Shown here: piece by piece, positions 51,319-64,000 of the stretch
Layout: the number at the start of each line of letters is the position of its first letter
Numbering within the stretch: position 1 is the first letter of the stretch
Source of the DNA: Tubiluchus corallicola
Lineage: Eukaryota > Animalia > Priapulida
DNA: 64,000 nt
NCBI GenBank assembly: GCA_030141605.1
Contig: JAQGDQ010002373.1
Coordinates: forward strand, 157,921 to 221,920
Reading direction: 5' to 3'
Program-made: the position numbers and the translations under genes
Notes under the pieces: model-generated
Told to the model about the DNA's origin: nothing
Database searches by the model: none
Seen by the model: the letters and a program-made list of their open reading frames with translations, nothing else

Positions 51319-51625
51319 AGCTTTGAAACCGAAAACACCTGGCAAAAAAGTTTTCGCTTGGAAAATTTTGCGCCAAAGGCAAAGCGTGAAAATCGAAATT
51401 TTTGTTTTCGTTGAATTTTTTGATTACTTGTCCAAGCTTTATGCGTTCGCTGAACTCTTGTTTTACTTTTTATTAGTTGCCTCCCTATGTTAAATGGCAA
51501 GAATCTGAGCAAAGTTAAACCGTAGCACGATTTAGACCATTACATATGCTGTGCGGAATTTAAAACTGTTACCAAGAGTAGTTGGTACCTTGATATGAAC
51601 CTTGAGTGTTTTATTTCATTAAAAA
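51319..51625. promoter_or_regulatory. Bidirectional promoter/5' UTR region shared by the LITAF-like gene and MKS1
   Basis: The two divergent ATGs are 307 bp apart. The region has locally elevated CpG, an E2F-like TTTGGCGC (minus strand, 51370-51377) and RFX half-site-like GTTGCC (51477) and GTTACCAAG (51568). Confidence 0.7.
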
Positions 51626-54600
51626 ATGCCTATGGCTGACCTATTGGAATCAGAATTTGGGACAGCTATTTATAGATCGAGTGATCCCATCAAAAATTTA
51701 AAAATAAGGTGAATTAATGTTTCTTTCCTGTCATTACACAACCAACCCGCATGACTCATCGCTCAAAAACTCTTATACATCACATATAGTGATACACTAA
51801 CAGTATCCACTCACTGCCGGTATAGTCCTATATGAATTAGCTGATCACTTACCCATTTTTGCTATTGTAAATACATTGCAGATACTGTGAAATGTCACTA
51901 AAATAGTCAAACGAGACACTAGAAACTTTAAATTAGAAAATTTTCTCTTTGATCTAAATTCTGCACTTCTGGGATATTAATAATTCCAGATGTAAATAAT
52001 GCCTTCCAGTACTTTACTGATGTGTTTTCAAGTAGCCTGGATGACCATGCCCCTTTTGCACTCTCACTAAAAAGAACAGATAAATTTTCGTAAGCCTTGG
52101 ATTACTCCTGGCATTCTCACTTCTATTCGCACGAGAACAAAGCTCTATAAAACACATAAATTATCACAATCTGCATACAAAACGAATTACTACAAACTGT
52201 ATTCAAATAAACTCAACCGTATTAAACAAAACTCAAAGAAGAAACACCATGGCCACTTATTTATGCTAAACAAAAATAACATTAAAAAGACCTGGAGTAC
52301 AATCAGTACTGTTCTGAAGCTCTAAAACAAAAAATATATCTTACCCACGCAGCTAGATTACAATGGTAATACTGTCACTAATCCTCTTGGCATTGCTAAT
52401 TGTTTCAATAATTTTTTTCCAATCAGTAGGTCAAAACATGGCAAAAAATATTACACCCTCCAATACAAATTTTAAATTTAATTTACCTCCCTCTTTAAAC
52501 TAATCAATTTTTCTATATTCTGTTACAGAATGTAAGATTAAAGCAGCCCTCTCTAAACTAAATGAAGGCAAATCACCAGGCCCTGAAATATCAGTTAAAT
52601 TCTATAAGCTGTCTGCTGATGTTATTGCACCGGTATTAGTTCATCTGATCAATAATTCAAGGTATTTTTTCAGACTGTCTCAAGATTGCAAAAGTAACTA
52701 CCATTTATAAGACCGATTCTCCTAAAATCCATCCAACTACAGACCAATTTTAAACCTTTCTTCAATTGCTAAAATTTTTGAAAATGTAATATTTAAGCAT
52801 CTAAATAAATTCTTGGTTAAAAATAATATAGTAACCAAATATCAATTTGGGTTTTGAAAATCGTATTCCACTGCTCTAGCAACAGCAGAACTTATTGAAA
52901 ATATTCTTCACTGTTTAGATAAAAAATCAATTGTATGTAGCATATTCTTAAACCTGCAAAAACTTTTGACACTGTTCAACACGACATATAACTACAGTAG
53001 TCGCCGCTTAATAGACTCACGGTTAATAGACTCAATCGCTTAATTGACTCATAAATGCCTGGAACGGGCCGCTTCTATTCAAATGTACATAAAAACTATC
53101 GGTAGTTGACTCAAATAACTCCGCTTAATTGGCTCAATATTTTTCTTCATGTACTTAAAATAAGACATTTGTATGTGCCCAAAGAACCTTTTCTACTTTT
53201 ATGTCACCTTTACTTCCCTTTTATGCATTATATATGTAGAAACAATTATGTTAAGTACCGTTTTGTTTGTAAACAGGTACGTTTATCATGCGCTAACATG
53301 CTAGCGTAGCAGTTTTGCTTTGAATGTGTTACCCTCTCGCCCACTGCAATTAACCTCGTTAACCCAAAGAATTTCTGGAAGCTGAACATTTAATCCCTTG
53401 CCTAGCGGTTTCATTTTGATGCTCTAGTTGCAAATCAGCCAGTATTCCTTGTGACTTACAAGAGTAAACATCATACAGTAAATAAGGGCATAGAGTTAAG
53501 AAGTTTGAAAAATGGAGCATAAGATCTAACAGTTAAGGAGAAACTGAAAATTTTAGAGCAGTACGATAAACTTCCAAAGATGGTGCAGAGGTGTGCAGCA
53601 GCGCAGTTGAAAATTTCCCAAAGTACTCTCGGCAGAATATTGAAAAAACAATCTGAAATGGAGCAGTCAGCAAGCCAAAATGAGAGTCTAGCATCTAAGA
53701 GGCGATGCACAGGAAACAAGGGCACCACCAACTGCAGCTCAAGCACGCCAATCCATGCACGTCTTTGTTTAGTATTTAAATCATATATATATATGTATAT
53801 ATATATATGATCAGTATATATGTATGCGTACATACATGTTTATATGTATGTATGTGTTTGTATTCTGTATATGTGTATATGCATATGTATAGTATGTATA
53901 TGCATATACACATATACAGAACACAAACACACATGTATATATTATATGTATGTGTGTATATGTATATGAATGTATATGTGTGTGTGTGTGTGTGTGCGTG
54001 CGTGCATGCGTGCGTGCGTGTGTGTGTGTATAAAATATAGCATAAGCATACTTATGGTTTTATGCCATTGCATGATTAAAAAAGTAAAAACACTTCAATC
54101 ATGTCATGAGATTCTCTATTTATAATCTAATCAAGCTGTGCTTTTTTTGTCCTGTTTCCAGAAATGACTTAATTCCGTCATCTTTTTTTCTTGTTCATAT
54201 TTCATAATTCCATAATTTTTTTGTTCATATATACATATAATCTGTAAATTTATATACATATGCATGTACATGTGTGAGCATATGGATTTTAGGTAAACGG
54301 TAAGTTTATATACGCGTTTATAGCTTACTACTATTCGTTTTAGTAGGTTTTTGTACAGGTATTCTCAATTCTAAGTTTTAAACATTTTTTTACGATTTCT
54401 GCACTACTTCATTTAATTTTTATACTATATTACAGAAATTAATTTCTGCAGACTGTACAACTACAGTATATTATAAAGTATAATATTAGAATAGGGCAAC
54501 ATGTACATTAATGTATGGTTGTTTGTTGCCCTCGCGTTTGGTATTCTTTTGTTGCATCTTTATGTAATACCAGTACTGTGCGAAATAAAATGATTGTATT

Positions 54601-57600
54601 CTATCGTATTCAGTTTTATTAATTCATTTAGCATTTATTAGTTTGTATATAAAATATATTTAGAGATAAAATGTATTTAAAGTTTACATTCATATGGATA
54701 GTTTAGAAATTTTGATAATAATAAACTAAAAAAGGTTATTCTAAAGATAAGTAAAAACAGATGGGGTCAACCAAAACCTTGATTAAAGTAATTAAAGTGT
54801 CACATTGAAACATCACATCAACAAGAGCTGCGCAGTGATTTGTGGAGTAACACACGTCAGATGTTCAATTAGTCTGCCAAGGGGAGTACTCTGAAGCTCC
54901 CACATGAGGATATTTTTGAAGTCCAGCATAAATAATAAGGTTAATTAAAACTTTTCACGTAATGATGAGGAAAATACCGCTTAGGTCTAAGATGCATTGT
55001 ACTTGTCTATTAGCTGTCAATTTATATTAAAATTGTCAGCTACTTTAAATATATAATTACAGAGTAAAACTTCGGAAAGTTACCTCAGCAACTGGGTTAC
55101 CACAGTCACTTTTTGGAAGGCGAGGCGGTGGTGACACTGGCAAATCATTTGCTAAAGATGTAGAACTCACTGATTTCAAAAACACTAGAAGTGCATCATC
55201 CTACGATGAAGATGAATTCATATTTGGTTGGCAAGAAAAAGTTTTTAGTCAGGTAACACTTTTCACCATTTTTATATATTTGGTGCACTTGTGTGTTAAA
55301 TGAAGAAATTCTGTTAAGTGCAGGCTATAAACTGCATATATTTTATTAAATTTCCATGGTATTTTCATTTCAGTTGGATACATCTGGAATTTCACTAATT
55401 AGATCAAGTGTTGGACACTATTCTAGTGTGCTTATGTGTTCATTACTTTGTGTATCTAAACAAACTTATGATGCTGGCTAATGTTAATCAAATTATCTTC
55501 AATCATTACTGATAAGACTATGCGTAAAATATGCAAAAATCCATGTTCATTGAACATTCTTGAATAAATGCAAACATATTTTTTGATTTGATAACCAAGT
55601 AAAAAAAGGTGAATTTTTTAGTCTTTCAAGTTTTCCAATGTATTGTTTCTATTGTACAAAATCACCGAACTTCAGTAATGCTTTTGAGAATCGCAAACGT
55701 TGTGAGATGCTGTTGACAAGATTCTAGTGTATTTTATGTTGTATTGTACAGCAACTCTAGTTTAGGCTTTTTACAGAGAGGGGGCCATGAATTACACAAA
55801 ATTCATTTATACTTAATTACAAGTTTTCTTACAGAGAGAGTTCGAGATATACAGCAACGAAGGCTTGTGTAGTTCAGTGTTGGAACAAAAATATCACAAT
55901 GAAATAAAGGGGATGAGGTTAGTGGAAATTATTATTTCACGAATGTTGGAAGTTGGACTATATATAACACAGTTAGCCTCACTTTCTGTGCCATTTGTGA
56001 TACAGTAGTCACCGCTTAATTAAACCAGCTGCATTTTGGAAACATTCAGGCATGGTCCCCCCATAGAAACTGTTGTTAAGAAAATACGGTTAATAAAACC
56101 AGTGCACCACATTCTTCTTAGACTACATTCTTCAGTAATAGGCACCAGGAACAATGCCAAAATGAAAAAATAAAATGTTTTTTTGGTACTTTGCCTATTT
56201 TTTAAGACACACAGTTGAAATTGAAATTCTGTTTCTAGGTGAAGCTCTTCTTAGTCAAAGTCACTCTGAAAGTTAAACTTGATTGTTTTGTAACTGCTCA
56301 GCATTGCCTCTTGTTTAATTGTCGTATAGTATTAAATTTGGGTGAAGCGCTTACGTACTTTAGTTTGCTAGATACACACGCTTGCAGCAGCCCACTACAT
56401 AATAAAACTACCGTTTATTAAGACCACTTTTTGGTCTCATTTTGATCTTCAATCAGTTTCTTAGCAGTTTTTGTTTTTAGAACTCGGCCAACAACGAGAC
56501 TCTTCAGCTACGTTGACTGTGATACTGTACCTCATTTGGAATCGGTAAACAACTTTTGATGTTGATTCTGATATATGCCAAGGAAAATACGGTCTCTAAA
56601 AAAGCAGAACAGGGAAGTACAAGTCAAGACTGACTTTGGATTTGAAACAGAGACTTTTGGGTTACCAGTACTAGTGATCTGAGAATAATCTAAGCAGTAG
56701 TATACTTACTTCAGTACTAGTGCTGTAATGATACACCTAGGTCATGATAACGATACATATCACAATATTAGCCTCACGATACGATACACCTGAGCTAAGG
56801 TTTGCAGGTTTTATAAAAAAACTAGGTGAAACTAATTGATAATAAATGCTAAAGATATTTTGTTCTAGTCAAGAGTTTTATGATTGATAAATGCTAAACG
56901 AACTTTTGTTACTTGTATAATTTGCAGGCTATTGTTTGCATTGTAAGCCACCATAAAAGCAAAGCATATCAATACCTTTGGTTTAAAAGTTGCTTGTGTA
57001 TTTTCTGGTTCACGTTTGCTGTTTCACAAGTTTATATGTAAACAACGCAATTAGCCTATTGCAGATTAAACACCTTGTGTTTTCAAACGCTTTTGTGCCT
57101 GTGTTAAGTCATCCACCGCTCACTGCACTGATTGTTACGTACCTAGAGTACACTTTACAGCTACAACTTGAATTACTTTACATCGTTTTTATCAGCTTAC
57201 TGTCAAGGGGTACCAGTTTACTAAATGTCATTGACTCAGATTATCACAGTACAGGTGAAGTTTTGGCGATACGCATATCATAATATAAAATATCCCAATG
57301 CATTCATACATTGATGGATCGCTATAGGCCTATTCACATTATTTATCAGTTTTCCAACAAATTCCTGCAAAAATCAGTGTTTGGACCAATTGCTAACTTG
57401 GAATGTAAAGAAGAATCAGACTTTTGTGAGCATTTAAACTTTTGGTAAGTTACCAAAACTAAGTGCTTGATTGTTGTTATTTTACCAGTAAACACCTTCG
57501 TTATTTAATTTCAGCAGTGCGAGCGAATGACGACATCGCCTTATGAACGACAAACTTTTGTGGCAGAACGAATGCGCAACTTGCGGCACAGACGTGTGAA

Positions 57601-60600
57601 GCCTATTCGGCACCAAACTGATGAGTATGAGAGTAAAAAATTATCTGTTTCTTCATTATTATTTGCTAAATAAGCAATGAATTTTAGGCAATGCAGAGCT
57701 TATGAAAGCCCCACGTAAAAATGTGATGATGGTTTATCAGAATTTGAAACAGCAAACCAATTTTTGTTGATGTTCATCAATGTCAAGCAAACACCAATTT
57801 ACTGCAAACATGATTTATTTTTTAGATTGATCATAGCAGATATTGTCGCAAACTGAAGTTTTATTACAATTTATGCACAAATTATTTACTATGTTTACTG
57901 TACTGATTAATGATTTTAAGTCGTAATTGAAGTACACTGTGTGAAATGAAATGCTTATTGTTTCATTAATTGTTTTGTATTCGTTTAGTTAGTTTCTTAT
58001 TGATTGTTAATTACTGATGACCAATACTGTTTGACTGTTGATCTGATTGGCCTGTATCTAAGAAAAACATTAACTTATTCAAATGTAATGATGTTTCATT
58101 GAAGACATGTATTCTGACCTGTTCATAAGTAATTCCTGTATGGTAGCTTCAATCTTCTCCTTCACCTTAGTGACTTGTGCTGTACTACATTCAACTAAAA
58201 CAGCGAATTTGTAATAAATAAGTTTATGGTTTTACAATTAAAAATAAATTGGTTAGTCAAATTGGGCAATTTTTGGACATTGAATTAGAAAACATTTGCT
58301 CCGGTATATTTGCAGGGATGATGTTTTGCCTAAAATGAATATCGTGAATCAGCGGCCTTCCAAAGATATGGCAAAAAGAGAACACATTGTTTCAACGCCA
58401 GGGCAAACAATGTATATCATGGCCGATCTGTCTCCTTCGAATAGGTAACCTTACAAGAATTTTCTTACCTGTACATGCTGATGGTAGAGTCAATGATAAA
58501 AATGGAATTTGTCTTTATATGGGCACTCACAGTACCATAAAGAGAAAACAACTTAAAAGCTGATAAAATGTTAAAAAACGTCACATTTAGAAAAGAAAGA
58601 GACACAGTAAATGTACAAAGTAGTTCAATTCCCTTAACTTTGTTTACAAACACCTAGCTATACTTTTACAGCTTCTCTTTCTTCTTTACAGGTTTCTCTG
58701 TTCATTACATTTTGGCTTCCTTGTAAATACATAGTTAGTGAATAATTTCTCTACTGTAGTGTCTGCCTATAAAGCTGGTTGTTTGTTTGTGTAATCTATC
58801 ACTGGAAAAACGTTTGTAACATGTTTTTTTTTTACATTTTATAAGTTCTTAATAAAAGTTATTTTCTTTTTATGAAATCTGTCGTAATTTTTTGTATGTG
58901 CAGTAGTGTACGGATATTTTGCTGTTTTTTACCTTTTTACATTTTGTTTAATTTCTTTACTTTTTTGCAAAAAAACATTAATTAATTAACACTAACTTTT
59001 CATTTCCATAGGGAAGAGAAATATTTATCAGATGAATATCTCGTGTGCACCATTAAAGTTGATACTCGAGGGGTGATCTCCATATCACCAGATTTGAGTC
59101 ATGGTGAAAAACCCTATGTAGTGGAAACAGAGACACTGGGAAAAGGTATCCTCTCACAGTATTTTCCTTTAGGACAAATAATGCATTATTAATTATTTTT
59201 TAATTTTTTAATATTTTTTAATTGGGGTTTCTTCTTTATTCATGATCTTTTTTAAAAATGATCTTTTTACTTGAGCATTGTCACAAAAATACTAGAATTA
59301 ATATTACGTAAATGTTAGTTTAAAAAAACTGTAGTATGGATATCGTACTACAAAAAATGTCGCATTTTCATTGTTGAAACTGGCTAGAAATATTAGGCTC
59401 GGGTAATAAACAATGCGGGTAATTACTCGGGTACCTGACTACCTGATGGAAAGCTAGACTAAGACTGGTTAAATTTCTGTGCGTCATTGCAGTAAAAAGC
59501 AAAAAAATCACAACTCTTTTCTTAATTGGTCCGTTCCATATTTTAGATGTGTTTGAATATTCACTGGAGAATGTGTCTCAGTTAATTAGCCACCAGGAGC
59601 AAGACAAAGAAAATAAAATGTATCAAGAGCTTTATGATCGGCACACTGATTTCCTTCAAGCATGTGTCGGATCTCAGTTTGAAATGGTACGTTCTGTATT
59701 TCCGTGATTTTCATACAAAGTAGAAATCATTTTATATTTCTTTATTAGTAAATTATACTGTAAAAGTAACTAAATGTATTTCTCATTTTGGTCATGTATA
59801 GTGTAGACAACTGAATGTATTTTTAATTTTGATTGCGTATAATGTAGGTTATAGTTAGAGTAAACGTCTGCAAACATATTATTAAATGAAACTTTAATCA
59901 CCATATTTGATTTAAATTACATGCGCTGATGGAATGACAAGCTAAGCCCACACAACAGCAATCTTGTTTCAGAGCCGCAGATCAAAATTTTGGGATATTT
60001 TGCAGTTTCCAGGGGGCAGTTCAGAACTTTATTGGTTATCGGCTGTTCGTCACAAATCATGTGCTATATTTTTCAGTCAGCTCCTCTTTTTTTCAAGTGC
60101 TGGTGGTCCCAGTTCAATTTCCCAAGATAGAAATTTAGTAATTAATTTACCATGATTTAAGAAAATGAGTGTGGATACTTAGTTTGGTTAGCTTCTGAAA
60201 GCAGACAGCTCATTCGCATGCCTACAGAAAGACTCAAATGTACAACAGTGATTCAAGTTTATTCAACAAATTAAAATGTATTTTACTGGCTGTACTTGCA
60301 GACCAGTTATGATGAAACAATCGACTTTAACTTTCAGTGTGATTTTGACTAAAAAGGGTTGAATCTACTACATATCTTAAAAAATAAGCAAACTACCAAA
60401 AATGCATTTATTTTTTCATTTTGCTATTGCTTTTGCTGCTTATTACTGAAAAATGTATAGTCTTCTTAAATGGCACACTGGTTTTATTAACCATATTTTC
60501 TTAACAATGGTTTCTGTGAGAGTAATTCCAAATAGGGCTAAATGGTTGTAAAATGCAGCTGGTTTTATTAAGCGGCAACTGTTGTATTTTGATCATAATC

Positions 60601-63600
60601 ACACAATATTTTGTTTCTTTTTTTGGAAATGAGGAAGTCTATCACGAAGATAAAGGGCTTATATCAGATTACCTTTGAGACTTTTTGCAATTCTGCCAAT
60701 CTGACCTCTGCAATAGCTGAGCTGTTAGCAATTCGAAACTATTGAAAACTCTTTTCTCTTTAAATGTGTACAGCACAGTTTTGCATACATATATTTGCAA
60801 AATGTTAATTCAATAGGTAACAATTTTGTTAAAATTATAGCCTCCACCAAAAGTGCTGCGGTTGCTGTGCTATGGAGAGATTATTTCAGCTCAAGACTAT
60901 GAATATGATAACCTGTACATTCATTGCTTTCTGGAACTGCCACAAAGTATGTATAAAGATTCATGTTTCGTGATTAATTCACTTAAAAAAATTCTAATGC
61001 CACAAAAGTCCTGTTTGCTATGAATCTAATAATATCTTGCAAACATGATTGTCCACACAATTGAGGTACATTATTGAATACAGTAGCCGCCACTTAATAA
61101 AACCACCACGGAACCAGCAATATGTGGTCGTAATAAATGGTGGTTTTATGATGTGGTGCTAAGTACAATACGTAAACACTTCAACGTAATTTATACTACA
61201 TGACAACTAAACATGGGGTAGTCAGCTCACTTGGATACCAGCAGAATGATTCAAGCATAAAACAGTGATTTAAGTTCATTCAACAGACTAAAATGTACTT
61301 CAGTCTACAGAGTGATTATGACGAAACAATTGACTTTTAACTTGCAATGTGACTTTGACTAAGTAGTTGTGTGGCTTAATAAAAATAGTCAAAATACCAA
61401 AAAATACATTTTATTTTTCATTTTGCTATTCCTTTTGTTGTCTGTTACTGAAAATGTGATCTTATTAAATTGTGCACTTTTTTATTAACTGAATTTTCTC
61501 AACAATAGTTTCTCGACTAAAATGTACTTCAGTCTACAGAGTGATTATGACGAAACAATTGACTTTTAACTTGCAATGTGACTTTGACTAAGTAGTTGTG
61601 TGGCTTAATAAAAATAGTCAAAATACCAAAAAATACATTTTATTTTTCATTTTGCTATTCCTTTTGTTGTCTGTTACTGAAAATGTGATCTTATTAAATT
61701 GTGCACTTTTTTATTAACTGAATTTTCTCAACAATAGTTTCTCGGCAACAACTTGTGGGTGTAATGCCGGAACATGGCTAAACACTTCTGAAATGTGGCT
61801 GGTTTTATTATTCGCAGTTTTATTAAGCAGCAACTAGTGTAATGCAAGTTATGGTTTTGTTATTAGTGTGGCGAATTGACGCATCTTGTCAGCAGTCGTG
61901 GGTGACACAAACTTGCTCTACTACAACTGTTGGAACTTCCAATGTGTCACACTTTGGATTTCCATTTGAATGCGAGCTGTTCTACAAGAATGACCTTGCA
62001 GAAGGTGATAGTGCAGACAGTTCAATTCATGGCTGGCCTCAGCTTTTTCTTGAAGTTTTGTCTCTCGATATGTGGCATCGATATCGAACGGAAGGCTATG
62101 GATACATATCACTCCCCACTGAACCAGGTTAGTGAAGCCTGGTAAAGCATTATCGGTAAAATCTACTTTTGGCGCCTGTGTCCATCATTCACCAGGTGTG
62201 TCCTTCACTTAAATGGCTTGAGGTCTATTGGACCAACAAAAAAAAATCATTTTTATCTCTCTCAAACTATTGAGGCTATGAGGCTTAGACTATAATTGCC
62301 CAAGCTCAAACATGAATTTTAGTACTAATAATAGACTGTATGAGAGCTGCCTTAAAGGAAAACTGTATTCGATCTTAAACTGTAGCTGAAAACAATCTAC
62401 TGTTTAAAATATTGAAAAGAAACACACTATTTTTTCAAGAATGACTTTCATGAAAGAATAATTACCAATGAAATGCAATTTTGCTTGTGCAGCAAGTTCT
62501 TTGCTGTTTACATGCAGCTTGCCATTTGTTGGTTAGATCAGCACTAGCACCTGCATTTCGGAAACGCGTTGCATAAAATAACTGGTGCTGTATCTCTTAG
62601 TTCGGGTGTGTTCGTTTGTGATGTAGTGCACATGTTTGAGAGCTCGTGGTGAGCATAAATTTGATATTTGAATTTTTATCTTAAAACTTGCATAGTTTAA
62701 TACATCACACTGAGTCTCGTACAGTAGCACTTTTTACGTACTTCAAAATGAGGTAGGATATGAAAAATCATCCTGTTTTCCTTTAAGTGTTACGACTATC
62801 TGCCGCAGTGTATTCTATTGCAATTTTCACGCTGCAATTAATTATTATGGCATGTATAATGTCACGTAAAAGGTTACTATGTGCTAAACTGCTTTAAATT
62901 CGGAAATAAACCATTCGATGGCTTGCTAAATTGATAGCAATTAGTTATACCTTTTTAGCGATTTGCTGTTGCTAACATTCTAATTCTCACCTCCAAAGCT
63001 AAAACTTGAAAGCATAATAATCCTTACGCTTTTAAGCACTTAAGCAATTATGAAATTTTCGACTAATAAATATCAATGAATCGTGTCACGCATAATACAA
63101 AATGTATCCTTGAAATACATTGTGACCCAAATATCTCTTTCTTATCTTTAGGATGCAATATTAGAGTGATTAATACATGGAGGCCAGTAGGGCGATCAAT
63201 AAATGACGAGCTTCGAAGGTTTTTTATTGGTGGATCACCCGAGTTAGAGGATCCGACTTACATTGCTGTGCCATCCACTTTTGAGGTTTGTCATATCTCA
63301 TCTAGTTTCGTAACTGGAAATCTTAGAAATGCTTAGCTCATGATCTGATTGCAAATTAAGAATAACGATTAGGTCGAAATGCAAAATGCAAATATTATCG
63401 AGACATATCGATTTGATTTACTTTCTATATTATATTAAAAATTAATATATATATATATATATATATACATTACATGTGCAGTCCACATGAGGTTTTCTTT
63501 GCACGGTTTACAAACGAAAATTAGAAGTAAAAACTATAAAATAATCAATATAAAAAACAAATATCCTAATTAATATTACATAAAAGCTTAATTGTAAAGT

Positions 63601-64000
63601 TGGATTAGAGTTAAAAAGAAACTAATATACATTTTTGCTAATGACTATTCATAAGTAGTTCCCTGAGTTTCAGGTAGTTTCCCTGAATTTTATTAAATGT
63701 ATATTATGTGTGTGTGTGTGTGTGCATGCATGGGTGGGTGGATGGGTGGTTGCGTGTGTAAGATGAAAATCGATCTGTTTGTCAGTCTGTTATTTATGCA
63801 CTCCCACATTCTGCAGTGTAACCCTTAATCTGGTACACCATAACAACCAGAATGGCCTCTGGAAAGTTTTATTCTAATCGTCAATTTAGTCATCGCCTCT
63901 CCCTCTTATGTGGGGTTCTGTGTAGCATAATAATGTGAATTTGTCATTATGCTATTCAAAAAAAAACAAATAACAGCATTTTGTTTTAGGGCAATCGACT
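51626..64000 (+). CDS. MKS1: MKS1, B9-domain ciliary transition-zone protein; continues beyond the window
   Basis: Exons 51626-51708, 55063-55252, 55835-55917, 56481-56544, 57515-57624, 58316-58444, 59012-59145, 59547-59686, 60841-60946, 61867-62127, 63152-63285 and 63990-end, with all phases consistent. Motifs AIYRSSDPIKNLKIRV, GWQEKVFSQ, QTMYIMADL, GEIISAQDYEYDNLY, WPQLFLEVLSLDMWHRYRTEGYG and ELRRFFIGGSPELED match MKS1. The start may instead be the second ATG at 51632. Confidence 0.96.
51900..52992 (+). mobile_element. Decayed CR1/L2-type LINE ORF2 fragment in MKS1 intron 1
   Basis: PWITPGILTSIRTR, KSPGP, NYRPILNLSSIAKIFE, QFGF and FDTVQH with stops and frameshifts. It is cut off at the transposon TIR. 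Confidence 0.85.
52995..53730 (+). mobile_element. Pogo/Tigger-family DNA transposon 5' fragment with a CENP-B-type HTH remnant
   Basis: TA followed by the TIR CAGTAGTCGCCGCTTAAT. 53512-53720 reads, with one frameshift, MEH/DLTVKEKLKILEQYDKLPKMVQRCAAAQLKISQSTLGRILKK...KRR, a typical Tigger N-terminal HTH. Confidence 0.85.
53780..54035. repeat. (TA/TG/TGCG)n low-complexity tract
   Basis: Directly visible. Confidence 0.9.
56003..56435 (-). mobile_element. Tigger-derived MITE, inverted relative to the copies at 60.2-60.6 kb and 61.1-61.8 kb
   Basis: TA followed by CAGTAGTCACCGCTTAAT. 56003-56110 is homologous to the reverse complement of 60470-60585. Confidence 0.7.
56718..57332. mobile_element. 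hAT-like MITE with CGATAC subterminal repeats
   Basis: Imperfect TIRs TAGTGCTGTAATGATAC ... GATCGCTATAGGCCTA. Confidence 0.5.
60180..60587 (+). mobile_element. Tigger-derived MITE, partial
   Basis: Homologous to 61220-61840. It ends in ATTAAGCGGCAACTGTTG followed by TA. Confidence 0.65.
61081..61839 (+). mobile_element. Tigger-derived MITE with an internal 229-bp tandem duplication
   Basis: TA-CAGTAGCCGCCACTTAATAAAAC ... GTTTTATTAAGCAGCAACTAGTG-TA. 61286-61514 is repeated at 61515-61743. Confidence 0.8.
62356..62782. mobile_element. TTAA-flanked MITE (Kolobok-like)
   Basis: TTAA|AGGAAAACTG ... CTGTTTTCCT|TTAA: inverted termini starting AG, with a TTAA duplication on both sides. Confidence 0.7.

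Noticed and set aside
53512-53810. Domesticated Tigger/CENP-B-like gene
   Set aside because: Frameshift right after the ATG, truncated before the DDE domain, and it runs into a dinucleotide repeat.
121-64000. VPS29-RERG-LITAF-MKS1 as a functional trafficking or cilia gene cluster
   Set aside because: Adjacency alone is not evidence of co-function in an animal genome. Only the LITAF-MKS1 promoter sharing has direct sequence support.

Overview
AT-rich animal (invertebrate-type) genomic DNA with spliced GT-AG genes. It is not prokaryotic, and most entries in the ORF track are spurious or transposon debris. Four protein-coding genes can be rebuilt exon by exon: the last three exons of VPS29 (+, 121-2955); a complete RERG-type small GTPase (+, 30450-43906, 210 aa, no CaaX); a LITAF-domain gene (-, 48344-51318); and MKS1 (+, 51626 to beyond the window end, 12 exons seen). 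LITAF and MKS1 are head-to-head, with only 307 bp between their ATGs. The 27-kb VPS29-RERG interval and the introns hold CR1/L2- and Tx1-type LINE fragments, a probable solo LTR, tRNA-, 5S- and Meta-type SINEs, hAT/Tigger/Kolobok-type MITEs, a Helentron-like satellite-bearing element, two minisatellites and several compound microsatellites. The most interesting observation is the LITAF splicing layout. Skipping a large cassette exon builds a PPxY motif across the exon junction. Including it swaps in a different PPxY, and two acceptors 4 nt apart decide between an in-frame fusion and an overlapping-uORF layout. I cannot show a wholly new multi-gene system from sequence alone.
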